Virus record (IMG/VR): IMGVR_UViG_2778261203_000005
Coordinates: 1-8,229 of that record
Direction: 5' to 3' (one strand)
Origin: a virus
Taxonomy: Duplodnaviria; Heunggongvirae; Uroviricota; Caudoviricetes
DNA: 8,229 nucleotides
In this document: positions 1 to 5,367 of the stretch, piece after piece
How positions within the stretch are numbered: the stretch's first letter is position 1
How the letters are laid out: every line of letters starts with the position of its first letter
Translations under genes and position numbers: made by a program
The notes under the pieces: generated by a model
Databases searched by the model: none
Told to the model about the DNA's origin: nothing
The model's input: only the letters and a program-made list of their open reading frames with translations

Positions 1-1005
1 TTAATCCCCCGTGGACACTGCGTGGACACTTACGCCACCTTTCAGCGGATTAAGGGCCACCGCATCCTGCAGGTAATCCGGTGCAAAATGCGCATATGCC
101 ATTGTTTGCTGAATGGTTGCGTGACCAAGAATCTTCTGAAGCGCAATAATGTTTCCTCCGTTCATCACAAAATGGCTGGCGAACGTATGCCGCAGCACAT
201 GTGCAGCCTGGCCTTTTGGTAAATCGGGCTTAACTCTTTTCAGCGCCAGGCAGAATTCCCGGTACTTCACCTCAAACAAGCCGCCTGTTTCTCTGGTTTT
301 GATCGCCTCACAAACTGCCTGCGAAATTGGCACTGTTCTCTTCCGGCCATTTTTGGTTTCAAGAAACGTTACACGGTTATGAACTATCTGTTCACCACGA
401 AGCTTACAAGCTTCACTCCAGCGCGCCCCTGTGCTTAAACACAAAAGCGCAACACGCCAGTAGTCGCCCTCCAGTGTATCGAGCAATAGCGCCACTTCCT
501 TCTGTGACAGGAACGCCATTTCTCGTGGAGATACATAAAGAATAGAAATTCCCCTTACTGGATGTTCTGCATCCCAAAGACCTATTTTTTTCAGCACGGT
601 AAACATTCCGGATAACCGATTCATGTACCTGTTAGCAGATGACGGTTTCAATCCTTCAGCTATCTTTTGAGAACGCCACGCGATAATTTTCAGCTTATCA
701 AGATCCACAGCCTGCATATCAGCGCCAAGCTCATTGATTATGTTGCGCAGTTGTTTTCGGTCTTCTTCCGCCTTACGCCTGTGCTGGCCGTGATACATCC
801 ACCACAACTCAAGCAAATCATTTAGCGTTCGACGATCACGGTAGCCCTGTATATATTCCCGCTTTTCAGCGTTCGCCATGATGTAGCGTTCAGTGGCCAC
901 CGCTACCGATTTTTTGTCAAATACCTTACGCACGCGCTTTCCCTTGCGTCCGTTCGGCCTGATGTCCAGCAAATAACGACCATCTTCGAGCTTCTTAATA
1001 GACAT
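1..1005 (-). CDS. int: Phage integrase, tyrosine recombinase (P2 Int-like), 334 aa
   Basis: The 339-aa ORF on the minus strand matches P2 integrase from memory (N-terminus SIKKLEDGRY..., C-terminal motifs HVLRHTFASHF and QQTMAYAHFAPDYLQDA..NPL). Catalytic tyrosine-recombinase residues are visible (ARWSEA, H-x-x-R, Y in TMAYAHF). The ORF track starts at a TTG at 1020; the ATG at 1005-1003 is preceded by GGAGGG with 7 nt spacing and gives the P2-like N-terminus, so I place the start there. The stop is at 3-1. Confidence 0.93.
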   Translation of the reverse strand: MSIKKLEDGRYLLDIRPNGRKGKRVRKVFDKKSVAVATERYIMANAEKREYIQGYRDRRTLNDLLELWWMYHGQHRRKAEEDRKQLRNIINELGADMQAVDLDKLKIIAWRSQKIAEGLKPSSANRYMNRLSGMFTVLKKIGLWDAEHPVRGISILYVSPREMAFLSQKEVALLLDTLEGDYWRVALLCLSTGARWSEACKLRGEQIVHNRVTFLETKNGRKRTVPISQAVCEAIKTRETGGLFEVKYREFCLALKRVKPDLPKGQAAHVLRHTFASHFVMNGGNIIALQKILGHATIQQTMAYAHFAPDYLQDAVALNPLKGGVSVHAVSTGD

Positions 1006-1101
1006 TACGAAGCCCTCCAATGAACCGCTCTACAATTTCTCCAGCTTCTTTCCAGCAATAATCAGACCAGACAAAAAGCAGGTCTAACCAGTTTTCTGGC
1101 C

Positions 1102-1422
1102 TCAGCGGGATAATTTTTGGATTGTTTCGGTTGAAACGCGATCTCCCTCCGAATTGCAGGAACCATCAAGAGAGAGAGCCGGAGAAATTTGCCCGACCTC
1201 CGGCATCGTTTCATCTGTTGATAACCAATAAGCATACTTCTTAAATTTAGGGTGTTTCGTAACCTTAAGTAAGGCACCCTCTGTTACTTGCTTCCCCCTC
1301 ACCTCATAGTTAGTTACCGTCCCATAAGGCAGCCCAACACAATCCGCAAACTCCTGGCGGGTCATACCTTCTGCTTCACGAATCAGGCGAAATTTTTCAC
1401 CCATGCTTGACAAAGATGCCAT
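1102..1422 (-). CDS. C: Immunity repressor, P2 C-type, 106 aa
   Basis: The translation MASLSSMGEKFRLIREAEGMTRQEFADCVGLPYGTVTNYE...HPKFKKYAYWLSTDE..PEVGQISPALS resembles P2 C repressor as I remember it (helix-turn-helix plus the QIAPAL-like C-terminus). It lies between int and a divergent cox, as in P2. The start is chosen at the ATG 1422-1420, 9 nt downstream of GGAGGA; the ORF-track start at 1476 would add an unlikely Cys-rich leader. Confidence 0.8.
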   Translation of the reverse strand: MASLSSMGEKFRLIREAEGMTRQEFADCVGLPYGTVTNYEVRGKQVTEGALLKVTKHPKFKKYAYWLSTDETMPEVGQISPALSLDGSCNSEGDRVSTETIQKLSR

Positions 1423-1461
1423 ATCGGGCATATCCTCCATCGAAACATGCCACATCGGGCA
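1407..1461 (+). promoter_or_regulatory. Candidate early promoter Pe (-35 TTGACA 1407-1412, -10 TATCCT 1431-1436) flanked by a 15-bp direct repeat (candidate C operators)
   Basis: A perfect TTGACA sits 18 nt upstream of TATCCT on the + strand, reading toward cox. ATGCCATATCGGGCA (1416-1430) and ATGCCACATCGGGCA (1447-1461) are 14/15 identical direct repeats 31 bp apart, bracketing the -10. P2 C repressor is known to bind direct repeats flanking the Pe -10. No experimental evidence is available here. Confidence 0.5.
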
Positions 1462-1480
1462 CAAACATAAAAACACTCAA

Positions 1481-1510
1481 ATAAGCCGATATAAGCCATT
1501 TTGAGCCATT
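1481..1510. promoter_or_regulatory. Three tandem imperfect 10-bp repeats (ATAAGCCGAT / ATAAGCCATT / TTGAGCCATT) just upstream of the cox RBS; candidate Cox-binding boxes over the Pc region
   Basis: The repeats are directly visible with helical (10 bp) periodicity, lying between the candidate Pe and the cox Shine-Dalgarno (AGGGAG 1521-1526). In P2, Cox represses Pc by binding several direct repeats. The Pc hexamers could not be placed confidently on the minus strand. Confidence 0.35.
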
Positions 1511-1535
1511 CGAACGAATTAGGGAGATTACCACA

Positions 1536-1823
1536 ATGAGCGAATCAGAGCTTGGGGGGTTCATTCAGGTAGCACCATATCCACTTGAAGCGGTGCCATA
1601 TCAACTATTCGCCAAGATGATCGGCCGCAAGGAATCCACAGTCAGAACCATGATTGACGCAGCAAAGCTACCGACAATTGACTTTGTGAAACCAGGTTCA
1701 GTAAAGACGCGTGCATCAGAAAACTGGGTATATCTGCCAGCATTTAACGAAGGCATGCGCAAAGCGTTTTTTGAGCAACCGAAAGAACGCCGCGACGCAT
1801 GGTTGTTGTGGCTGGGACTTTAG
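1536..1823 (+). CDS. cox: Cox-like excisionase / early-lytic regulator, 95 aa
   Basis: The translation ...VPYQLFAKMIGRKESTVRTMIDAAKLPTIDF....ENWVYLPAFNEGMRKAFFEQPKERRDAWLLWLGL aligns with P2 Cox from memory (IPYQEFAKLIG...VRRMID.GKLPVID...EYWVYLPAWN...PKEIRDGWLMWLGL). It has a good SD (AGGGAG, 9 nt spacing) and is divergent from C. Confidence 0.88.
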   Translation: MSESELGGFIQVAPYPLEAVPYQLFAKMIGRKESTVRTMIDAAKLPTIDFVKPGSVKTRASENWVYLPAFNEGMRKAFFEQPKERRDAWLLWLGL

Positions 1824-1829
1824 TCATAA

Positions 1830-2036
1830 ATGACCAGCCATATCATCAGCGCCATTCTGACCCTTGTTTTTATTGAGATAGGCGTAATAGCGATCTATTT
1901 GTTTCGCAAGTTAACGGGACATGAAGAACGCTTTATTGAACTCAGCATTGAATATATCGCCGCTTATACCAAAGGACTTTTCCCGGCAGCTATTGGGGCG
2001 ATGTTTATAGCGTTTGTTATCTGGTTTATCGGGTGA
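1830..2036 (+). CDS. Small hydrophobic protein, 68 aa, two predicted transmembrane helices; function unknown
   Basis: The ORF starts 7 nt after the cox stop. Two hydrophobic stretches are visible (IISAILTLVFIEIGVIAIYLF and LFPAAIGAMFIAFVIWFIG). There is no clear SD. Its position matches the small ORF that follows cox in P2-like phages. Confidence 0.45.
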   Translation: MTSHIISAILTLVFIEIGVIAIYLFRKLTGHEERFIELSIEYIAAYTKGLFPAAIGAMFIAFVIWFIG

Positions 2037-2063
2037 GAAACCTGACAACCCACAACTACTGCA

Positions 2064-2183
2064 ATGAGGGTAATTATGTGTGGCATGGACAAATTGGACC
2101 TTATGTTAATTGTAATACTATCAATTAACTTCGGTTACCTCTTAAGCGGCGCAATTCTCATGTGCGGAGGCAAACGAAAATGA
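2064..2183 (+). CDS. Possible 39-aa membrane peptide (MRVIMCGMDKLDLMLIVILSINFGYLLSGAILMCGGKRK)
   Basis: Found by manual translation; it is not in the ORF track because it is too short. It has a hydrophobic core and a basic C-terminus, and its stop overlaps the next ATG (ATGA). No SD is evident, so it is speculative. Confidence 0.2.
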   Translation: MRVIMCGMDKLDLMLIVILSINFGYLLSGAILMCGGKRK

Positions 2184-2287
2184 ACCAGCAGTCCGCAAAA
2201 CGTGAAAACAATGCGATGCGATTTAATCGCAAATATTTTGAGTTCGGCCTCTATGCCGGAATAATTAAATCTGTACAGAGTCTTTAA
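2180..2287 (+). CDS. Possible 35-aa basic peptide (MNQQSAKRENNAMRFNRKYFEFGLYAGIIKSVQSL)
   Basis: Found by manual translation. Its start overlaps the preceding stop (ATGA) and its stop lies 1 nt before the ATG at 2289. Speculative. Confidence 0.2.
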   Translation: MNQQSAKRENNAMRFNRKYFEFGLYAGIIKSVQSL

Positions 2288-2288
2288 C

Positions 2289-2630
2289 ATGAAACAGCAA
2301 CGTAATTCACGCTTTCGCAATGGTGCAGAACGCCACGCTAACCGTTTTGCTACCAGTGCATCACGCAGCAACATCCGCTACAGCCTGAGTGATACACACG
2401 CAACGCCGGATGGCTACCCAGTAAAACAAATCGGCGAGCATGCCTGGCTGATTGAGAAAGCTGGAATCGTGATCCACAAATGCCCACGCAATCCGTTTAC
2501 CGGAAACCGCATTTTTGCTCTAAGCAGTGGCGACAATCAGTTCGGGCAGGATTTCACATTATACGAAGCACTTCGCACGGTTGATCGTCTGCTTCGCGGG
2601 CAAAGTTTTATTAAACAGGCTGATTTATAA
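2289..2630 (+). CDS. Hypothetical early-operon protein, 113 aa, basic N-terminus
   Basis: A non-overlapping ORF in the same orientation as cox, tightly packed with its neighbours. I do not recognise a family; it may correspond to one of the small P2 early genes (B / orf80-83 region), but this is not verified. Confidence 0.5.
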   Translation: MKQQRNSRFRNGAERHANRFATSASRSNIRYSLSDTHATPDGYPVKQIGEHAWLIEKAGIVIHKCPRNPFTGNRIFALSSGDNQFGQDFTLYEALRTVDRLLRGQSFIKQADL

Positions 2631-2640
2631 CAGGTGCTTT

Positions 2641-2928
2641 ATGACCAAAGACCATGCACAAGGTGTATTTATCCGTTTTATTGATTTTCGCGGTGAACTG
2701 TTATTACGTGCATCCGCTATTGACGGAGTGACTCCGGCGGGTAAAAACGGAGCCGACGAAGCCACTTACGTTTATCTGAACGGCACGCGACTGCTTGTGG
2801 AACTTCCGTACCAGACCGTACGAGAAATCATTAGCGAAGCTGAAAAGGCACGCCAGGTTAATGGCGATGAACCCTATATCGAAATTATTTGTATGGATTC
2901 AGAAGCTGAAATACAGAAAGCAGATTAA
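2641..2928 (+). CDS. Hypothetical early-operon protein, 95 aa (MTKDHAQGVFIRFIDFRGELLLRA...)
   Basis: The ATG at 2641 starts 10 nt after the previous stop. The ORF-track start at 2527 would overlap the upstream gene by about 100 nt in another frame, so I prefer 2641. Family not recognised. Confidence 0.55.
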   Translation: MTKDHAQGVFIRFIDFRGELLLRASAIDGVTPAGKNGADEATYVYLNGTRLLVELPYQTVREIISEAEKARQVNGDEPYIEIICMDSEAEIQKAD

Positions 2929-2939
2929 AGGGCGTTGTG

Positions 2940-3182
2940 ATGGGCAAAGAATATAAAACTCTCATTAACAAAGCACTTGAGCGTTTTTATTTTCGCTTAA
3001 GTGCATCAGGCGCTCATGCTGAACGTGCGGCCCGTGACTCATTGACCAGAGCAATCCGAAGTCTGTATGACGTGGCTTTTTACGCTGATGATCTGGATGC
3101 ACTTAACGAACTTTCCGAGCTGATCTGTGCCGCAGAATGCGGGGAACATATTGAACCGTATAAGTTGGGGAATATCGCATGA
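2940..3182 (+). CDS. Hypothetical early-operon protein, 80 aa
   Basis: The ATG at 2940 is preceded by AAAGGG with 7 nt spacing. The predicted protein is acidic and helical-looking (…AFYADDLDALNELSELICAAECGEH…). Family not recognised. Confidence 0.55.
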   Translation: MGKEYKTLINKALERFYFRLSASGAHAERAARDSLTRAIRSLYDVAFYADDLDALNELSELICAAECGEHIEPYKLGNIA

Positions 3183-3293
3183 GTATATTTATCTCATGGC
3201 TTGTTCTGATTATTTCGGTGGCCTGCGCTATTGGGATTATGCGAATTATTCATTCAATAAAAAAGATTGAACGCTTTTTCACTGGCGAATAAC
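3179..3293 (+). CDS. Possible 37-aa single-pass membrane peptide (MSIFISWLVLIISVACAIGIMRIIHSIKKIERFFTGE)
   Basis: Found by manual translation. The ATG overlaps the upstream stop (ATGA). It has an N-terminal hydrophobic helix and a basic C-terminal tail, an architecture shared with small membrane toxins and holin-like peptides. Confidence 0.35.
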
Positions 3294-3378
3294 AGAGCAA
3301 ATAAAACCACAGATTAAATAAGAAAATGTAAAAACAATCCGCATTCGCGGAGGTATTCGCACACGCCAAGGAGGCGTA

Positions 3379-3582
3379 ATGGCAATTAAGCATTTTCCTG
3401 TCGTTCGTTTTACCTCCAGAGGGCGTGAATACGAAGTCGACGAACGCCTGATTACCACAATCGACAAACACCGTTCAGAAAAGGATGCACATCACATCTA
3501 TCTCACTGACGGCACTTACTTCTGCGCCACGAATGTGGTGCGGGTGAACCTTATCCGACAGGTACAGGAGTCACGCAGATGA
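3379..3582 (+). CDS. Hypothetical protein, 67 aa
   Basis: Strong SD (AAGGAGG 3368-3374) ahead of the ATG at 3379, preceded by an AT-rich, promoter-like 85-bp gap. The stop overlaps the next start (ATGA). Family not recognised; it has one Cys only, so it is not Ogr-like. Confidence 0.6.
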   Translation: MAIKHFPVVRFTSRGREYEVDERLITTIDKHRSEKDAHHIYLTDGTYFCATNVVRVNLIRQVQESRR

Positions 3583-3794
3583 CCATTCTGGACTATATCG
3601 CCGCCAACCCGAACGCAGGTGTGAAACGCGAGATTGCAACCCTTTCCCGCGCCCTGAAAAAAGCCGATTCCGCAGCCGAACCAGAAGACGCCAGCGCACA
3701 GCAGGCGCAGGACGAAAGCAGCAAAAGTAAAAAGACAACGCGGAAGCCTGCAACACGAAAAACCACCGCGACGCAGAAGGCGAAGCGCGGTTAA
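3579..3794 (+). CDS. Hypothetical protein, 71 aa, with Lys/Thr/Ala-rich basic low-complexity C-terminal tail
   Basis: Translationally coupled to the 67-aa ORF. The C-terminus (KSKKTTRKPATRKTTATQKAKRG) looks like a histone-like or nucleic-acid-binding tail. The GC content rises sharply from this ORF onward. Confidence 0.55.
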   Translation: MTILDYIAANPNAGVKREIATLSRALKKADSAAEPEDASAQQAQDESSKSKKTTRKPATRKTTATQKAKRG

Positions 3795-3811
3795 CGACTG
3801 ACCCCGTCAGC

Positions 3812-3882
3812 GGGCGGCGTGCGCGGTGTTCCGGTTTGACTCCGTGACCGTTTACACCGCGCACCCACCGCCCGATTTTTTT
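3812..3882 (+). terminator. Candidate rho-independent terminator: long GC-rich imperfect hairpin followed by a T7 run
   Basis: GTGCGCGGTGT (3819-3829) pairs perfectly with ACACCGCGCAC (3854-3864), extended by GGGCGG (3812-3817) with CCGCCC (3868-3873) across a small internal loop. The 24-nt loop has its own CGGT/ACCG pairing. The stem is followed by GA then TTTTTTT (3876-3882). The large loop is atypical, so it may instead be a regulatory structure. Confidence 0.45.
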
Positions 3883-3965
3883 CAGGAGTGAACCCCATGA
3901 GTATGGTTGCCAGAACTGAACCAGGACCCGCAGAGGACGACATCACCGATAAAGGAGAAGGACGA

Positions 3966-4358
3966 ATGAGCAACACATTTAAATTCAGCAGCCGAAGCGA
4001 AAATAATTTGCAGGGCGTAAATCCTGATCTGGTGAAAGTGACCCGACGGGCACTGGAAATCTCGGAAGTGGATTTTGGTATCACCGAAGGGTTGCGCAGC
4101 CGTTACCGCCAGAAGCAACTTGTGGCCACAGGTAAGAGCCAGACCATGAACAGCCGCCACCTTACGGGGCATGCCGTGGATGTTGTGGCTTATATCGGCA
4201 GCCAGGTGTCATGGGAATGGCCGCTGTACGAAAAAATCGCAGCAGCATTCAGACAGGCCAGCCGGGAACTGAATATTCCGGTGGAATGGGGCGGCGACTG
4301 GAAGACCCTGAAAGACGGACCGCATTTTCAGTTACCACACGGAGCCTATCCGGCATGA
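3966..4358 (+). CDS. Endolysin, peptidase M15 family (L-alanyl-D-glutamate peptidase, T5 Lys-like), 130 aa
   Basis: Zn-binding motifs of VanY/M15 peptidases are visible (SRHLTGHAVDVV and GGDW....GPHFQL). From the ATG at 3966 the protein aligns with phage T5 endolysin as I remember it (MS.FKF........VKPELQKVARRALEL..DF vs MSNTFKF...VNPDLVKVTRRALEISEVDF). SD AGGAGAAGG 4 nt upstream. An alternative upstream ATG at 3897 (SD CAGGAG) would add a 23-aa acidic extension. Confidence 0.9.
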   Translation: MSNTFKFSSRSENNLQGVNPDLVKVTRRALEISEVDFGITEGLRSRYRQKQLVATGKSQTMNSRHLTGHAVDVVAYIGSQVSWEWPLYEKIAAAFRQASRELNIPVEWGGDWKTLKDGPHFQLPHGAYPA

Positions 4359-4762
4359 AGCTCTGGCCCACGCTGGGTGTCGCTTTCCTTCTGATTGCCG
4401 GATGGGGAACATCCATGCGTCTGTCGTGGTCGCTGGGCCGGGAGAACGCCAGAAACGAAGCGCAGGCCAGCACCCTGAAAAGTACCGCCGACACCCTGAA
4501 TATCATCAGCGCCGGGGTACAGGATATGCAGCAGGTGCTGGCGCAACTCCGCGTGGAAAATCAGCAACGCAATCAGGACGGAGAGGTAAGACGTGAACAG
4601 CTACGCAACGATATTGCAAAAGATGAATGCGCCCACGCTTTGCCTGACGCTCGTTTTACTGACAGGCTGCGCAGGCACGCAGAACGCGCCACTGCCAGCG
4701 CCGTCAGTCCGGCTTATACCGCAGACGCTGACCATACCGGTAACGCCTCCCCCCTTCCCTGA
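4355..4762 (+). CDS. Rz-like inner-membrane spanin (i-spanin), 135 aa
   Basis: The ATG overlaps the endolysin stop (ATGA). It has an N-terminal transmembrane segment (LWPTLGVAFLLIAGWG) followed by a charged, coiled-coil-like periplasmic region (QDMQQVLAQLRVENQQRNQDGEVRREQLRNDIAKDE). Its position and architecture match P2 lysB and lambda Rz. Confidence 0.78.
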   Translation: MKLWPTLGVAFLLIAGWGTSMRLSWSLGRENARNEAQASTLKSTADTLNIISAGVQDMQQVLAQLRVENQQRNQDGEVRREQLRNDIAKDECAHALPDARFTDRLRRHAERATASAVSPAYTADADHTGNASPLP

Positions 4763-4913
4763 CACTCCCACATGGGGAAATCTCGGTATATGGGGCGACC
4801 GCCTTCTGGATGCACTGGAAACCTGTAACGCGGATAAACGGGCCATTGAATTACTGGAACAGCGCAGGCTGCAACGACTGAACAACGAGGATAACAACCA
4901 TGCTGAAAACTGA
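4623..4913 (+). CDS. Rz1-like outer-membrane lipoprotein spanin (o-spanin), 96 aa
   Basis: The start lies inside the Rz gene in a different frame. It has a signal peptide with lipobox LLTGC and a proline-rich mature region (PLPAPSVRLIPQTLTIPVTPPPFPDTP) typical of Rz1 and P2 lysC. It extends past the Rz stop and overlaps the start of R. Confidence 0.72.
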   Translation: MNAPTLCLTLVLLTGCAGTQNAPLPAPSVRLIPQTLTIPVTPPPFPDTPTWGNLGIWGDRLLDALETCNADKRAIELLEQRRLQRLNNEDNNHAEN

Positions 4914-5367
4914 TTCCCTGCGTGAAGCCATGACCCGTTCATGCCGATGGTGTCAGGCCAACCCGGAAAAATTCACCATTTTCGTGGAGAGCGGCAACAT
5001 TGAAACGACAGGAGAAACCCCATCGTTTGTTTACCGCTATCAGATGGTGATGTTTGTCATGGATTACGCCGGGGAGCTGGACGACCTCACGCTGCCGCTG
5101 CTGGCGTGGTTATCCGAAAATCAGCCACAGTTGTTGCTCAACCCTGAGCGTAATCAGGACATCAAATTCTCCGCCGTTATCAATGACGATGACAGCGCCG
5201 ATCTCCTGTTTACGCTCCCCCTGCGGGAACGCGTTCGCATCACGCGCAGCAGTCAGGGCACACCGCAGGCAGAACACCTGCCGGAGCCAAAACCCCGCCT
5301 GCCCTCTTCCGAAGGCGACTGGTCGCATGTATTCCAGGATGTGACGTGGGGTGAAAGCGATGGATAA
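4900..5367 (+). CDS. R: Tail completion protein R (P2 gpR-like), 155 aa
   Basis: The N-terminus MLKTDSLREAMT and internal LPLLAWLSENQPQLL match P2 gpR from memory (MLKPDSLRRAL..., VPVLAWLRENQPD). Same length as P2 gpR (155 aa). SD GAGGA 9 nt upstream. Confidence 0.88.
   Translation: MLKTDSLREAMTRSCRWCQANPEKFTIFVESGNIETTGETPSFVYRYQMVMFVMDYAGELDDLTLPLLAWLSENQPQLLLNPERNQDIKFSAVINDDDSADLLFTLPLRERVRITRSSQGTPQAEHLPEPKPRLPSSEGDWSHVFQDVTWGESDG

Noticed and set aside
22-545. Plus-strand ORFs 22-222, 149-382 and 327-545 overlapping the integrase gene
   Set aside because: They are antisense to a well-supported integrase CDS, have no ribosome-binding sites, and give implausible Cys/His-rich translations.
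848-863. LexA-box-like CTGTATATAT motif
   Set aside because: The second half-site (ACAG) is missing and it lies inside the integrase coding sequence, so it is probably a chance match. No SOS box was found in the switch region, which fits a non-inducible P2-type repressor.
1062-1277. Minus-strand 71-aa ORF overlapping the C repressor in another frame
   Set aside because: It overlaps the better-supported C gene, and its start lies inside C with no SD.
2180-2360. Apparent N-terminal similarity between the 35-aa peptide and the 113-aa ORF (MNQQ..R.NNA vs MKQQ..R.RNGA), suggesting a duplication
   Set aside because: The similarity spans only about 12 residues of basic low-complexity sequence and the nucleotide match is weak; it is probably coincidental.
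2135-2374. Minus-strand 79-aa ORF across the small-ORF region
   Set aside because: It opposes the consistent plus-strand operon orientation and overlaps the start of the 113-aa ORF. There is no supporting signal.
2527-2640. Upstream extension of the 95-aa ORF (ORF-track start at 2527)
   Set aside because: It would overlap the preceding 113-aa ORF by about 100 nt in a different frame. The ATG at 2641 gives a compact non-overlapping gene.
3250-4172. Minus-strand ORFs 3250-3471, 3279-3467, 3571-3864, 3791-4084 and 3882-4172
   Set aside because: They are antisense to plus-strand genes with SDs and recognisable products (or cross the hairpin element), have no RBS, and give low-complexity translations.
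4211-4354. Upstream extension of the Rz-like ORF (ORF-track start at 4211) and the 4402-4596 Gly/Arg-rich ORF
   Set aside because: The extension overlaps the endolysin coding region in another frame. The ATG at 4355, coupled to the endolysin stop, gives the canonical N-terminal transmembrane segment. The 4402-4596 ORF is a low-complexity alternative frame inside Rz.
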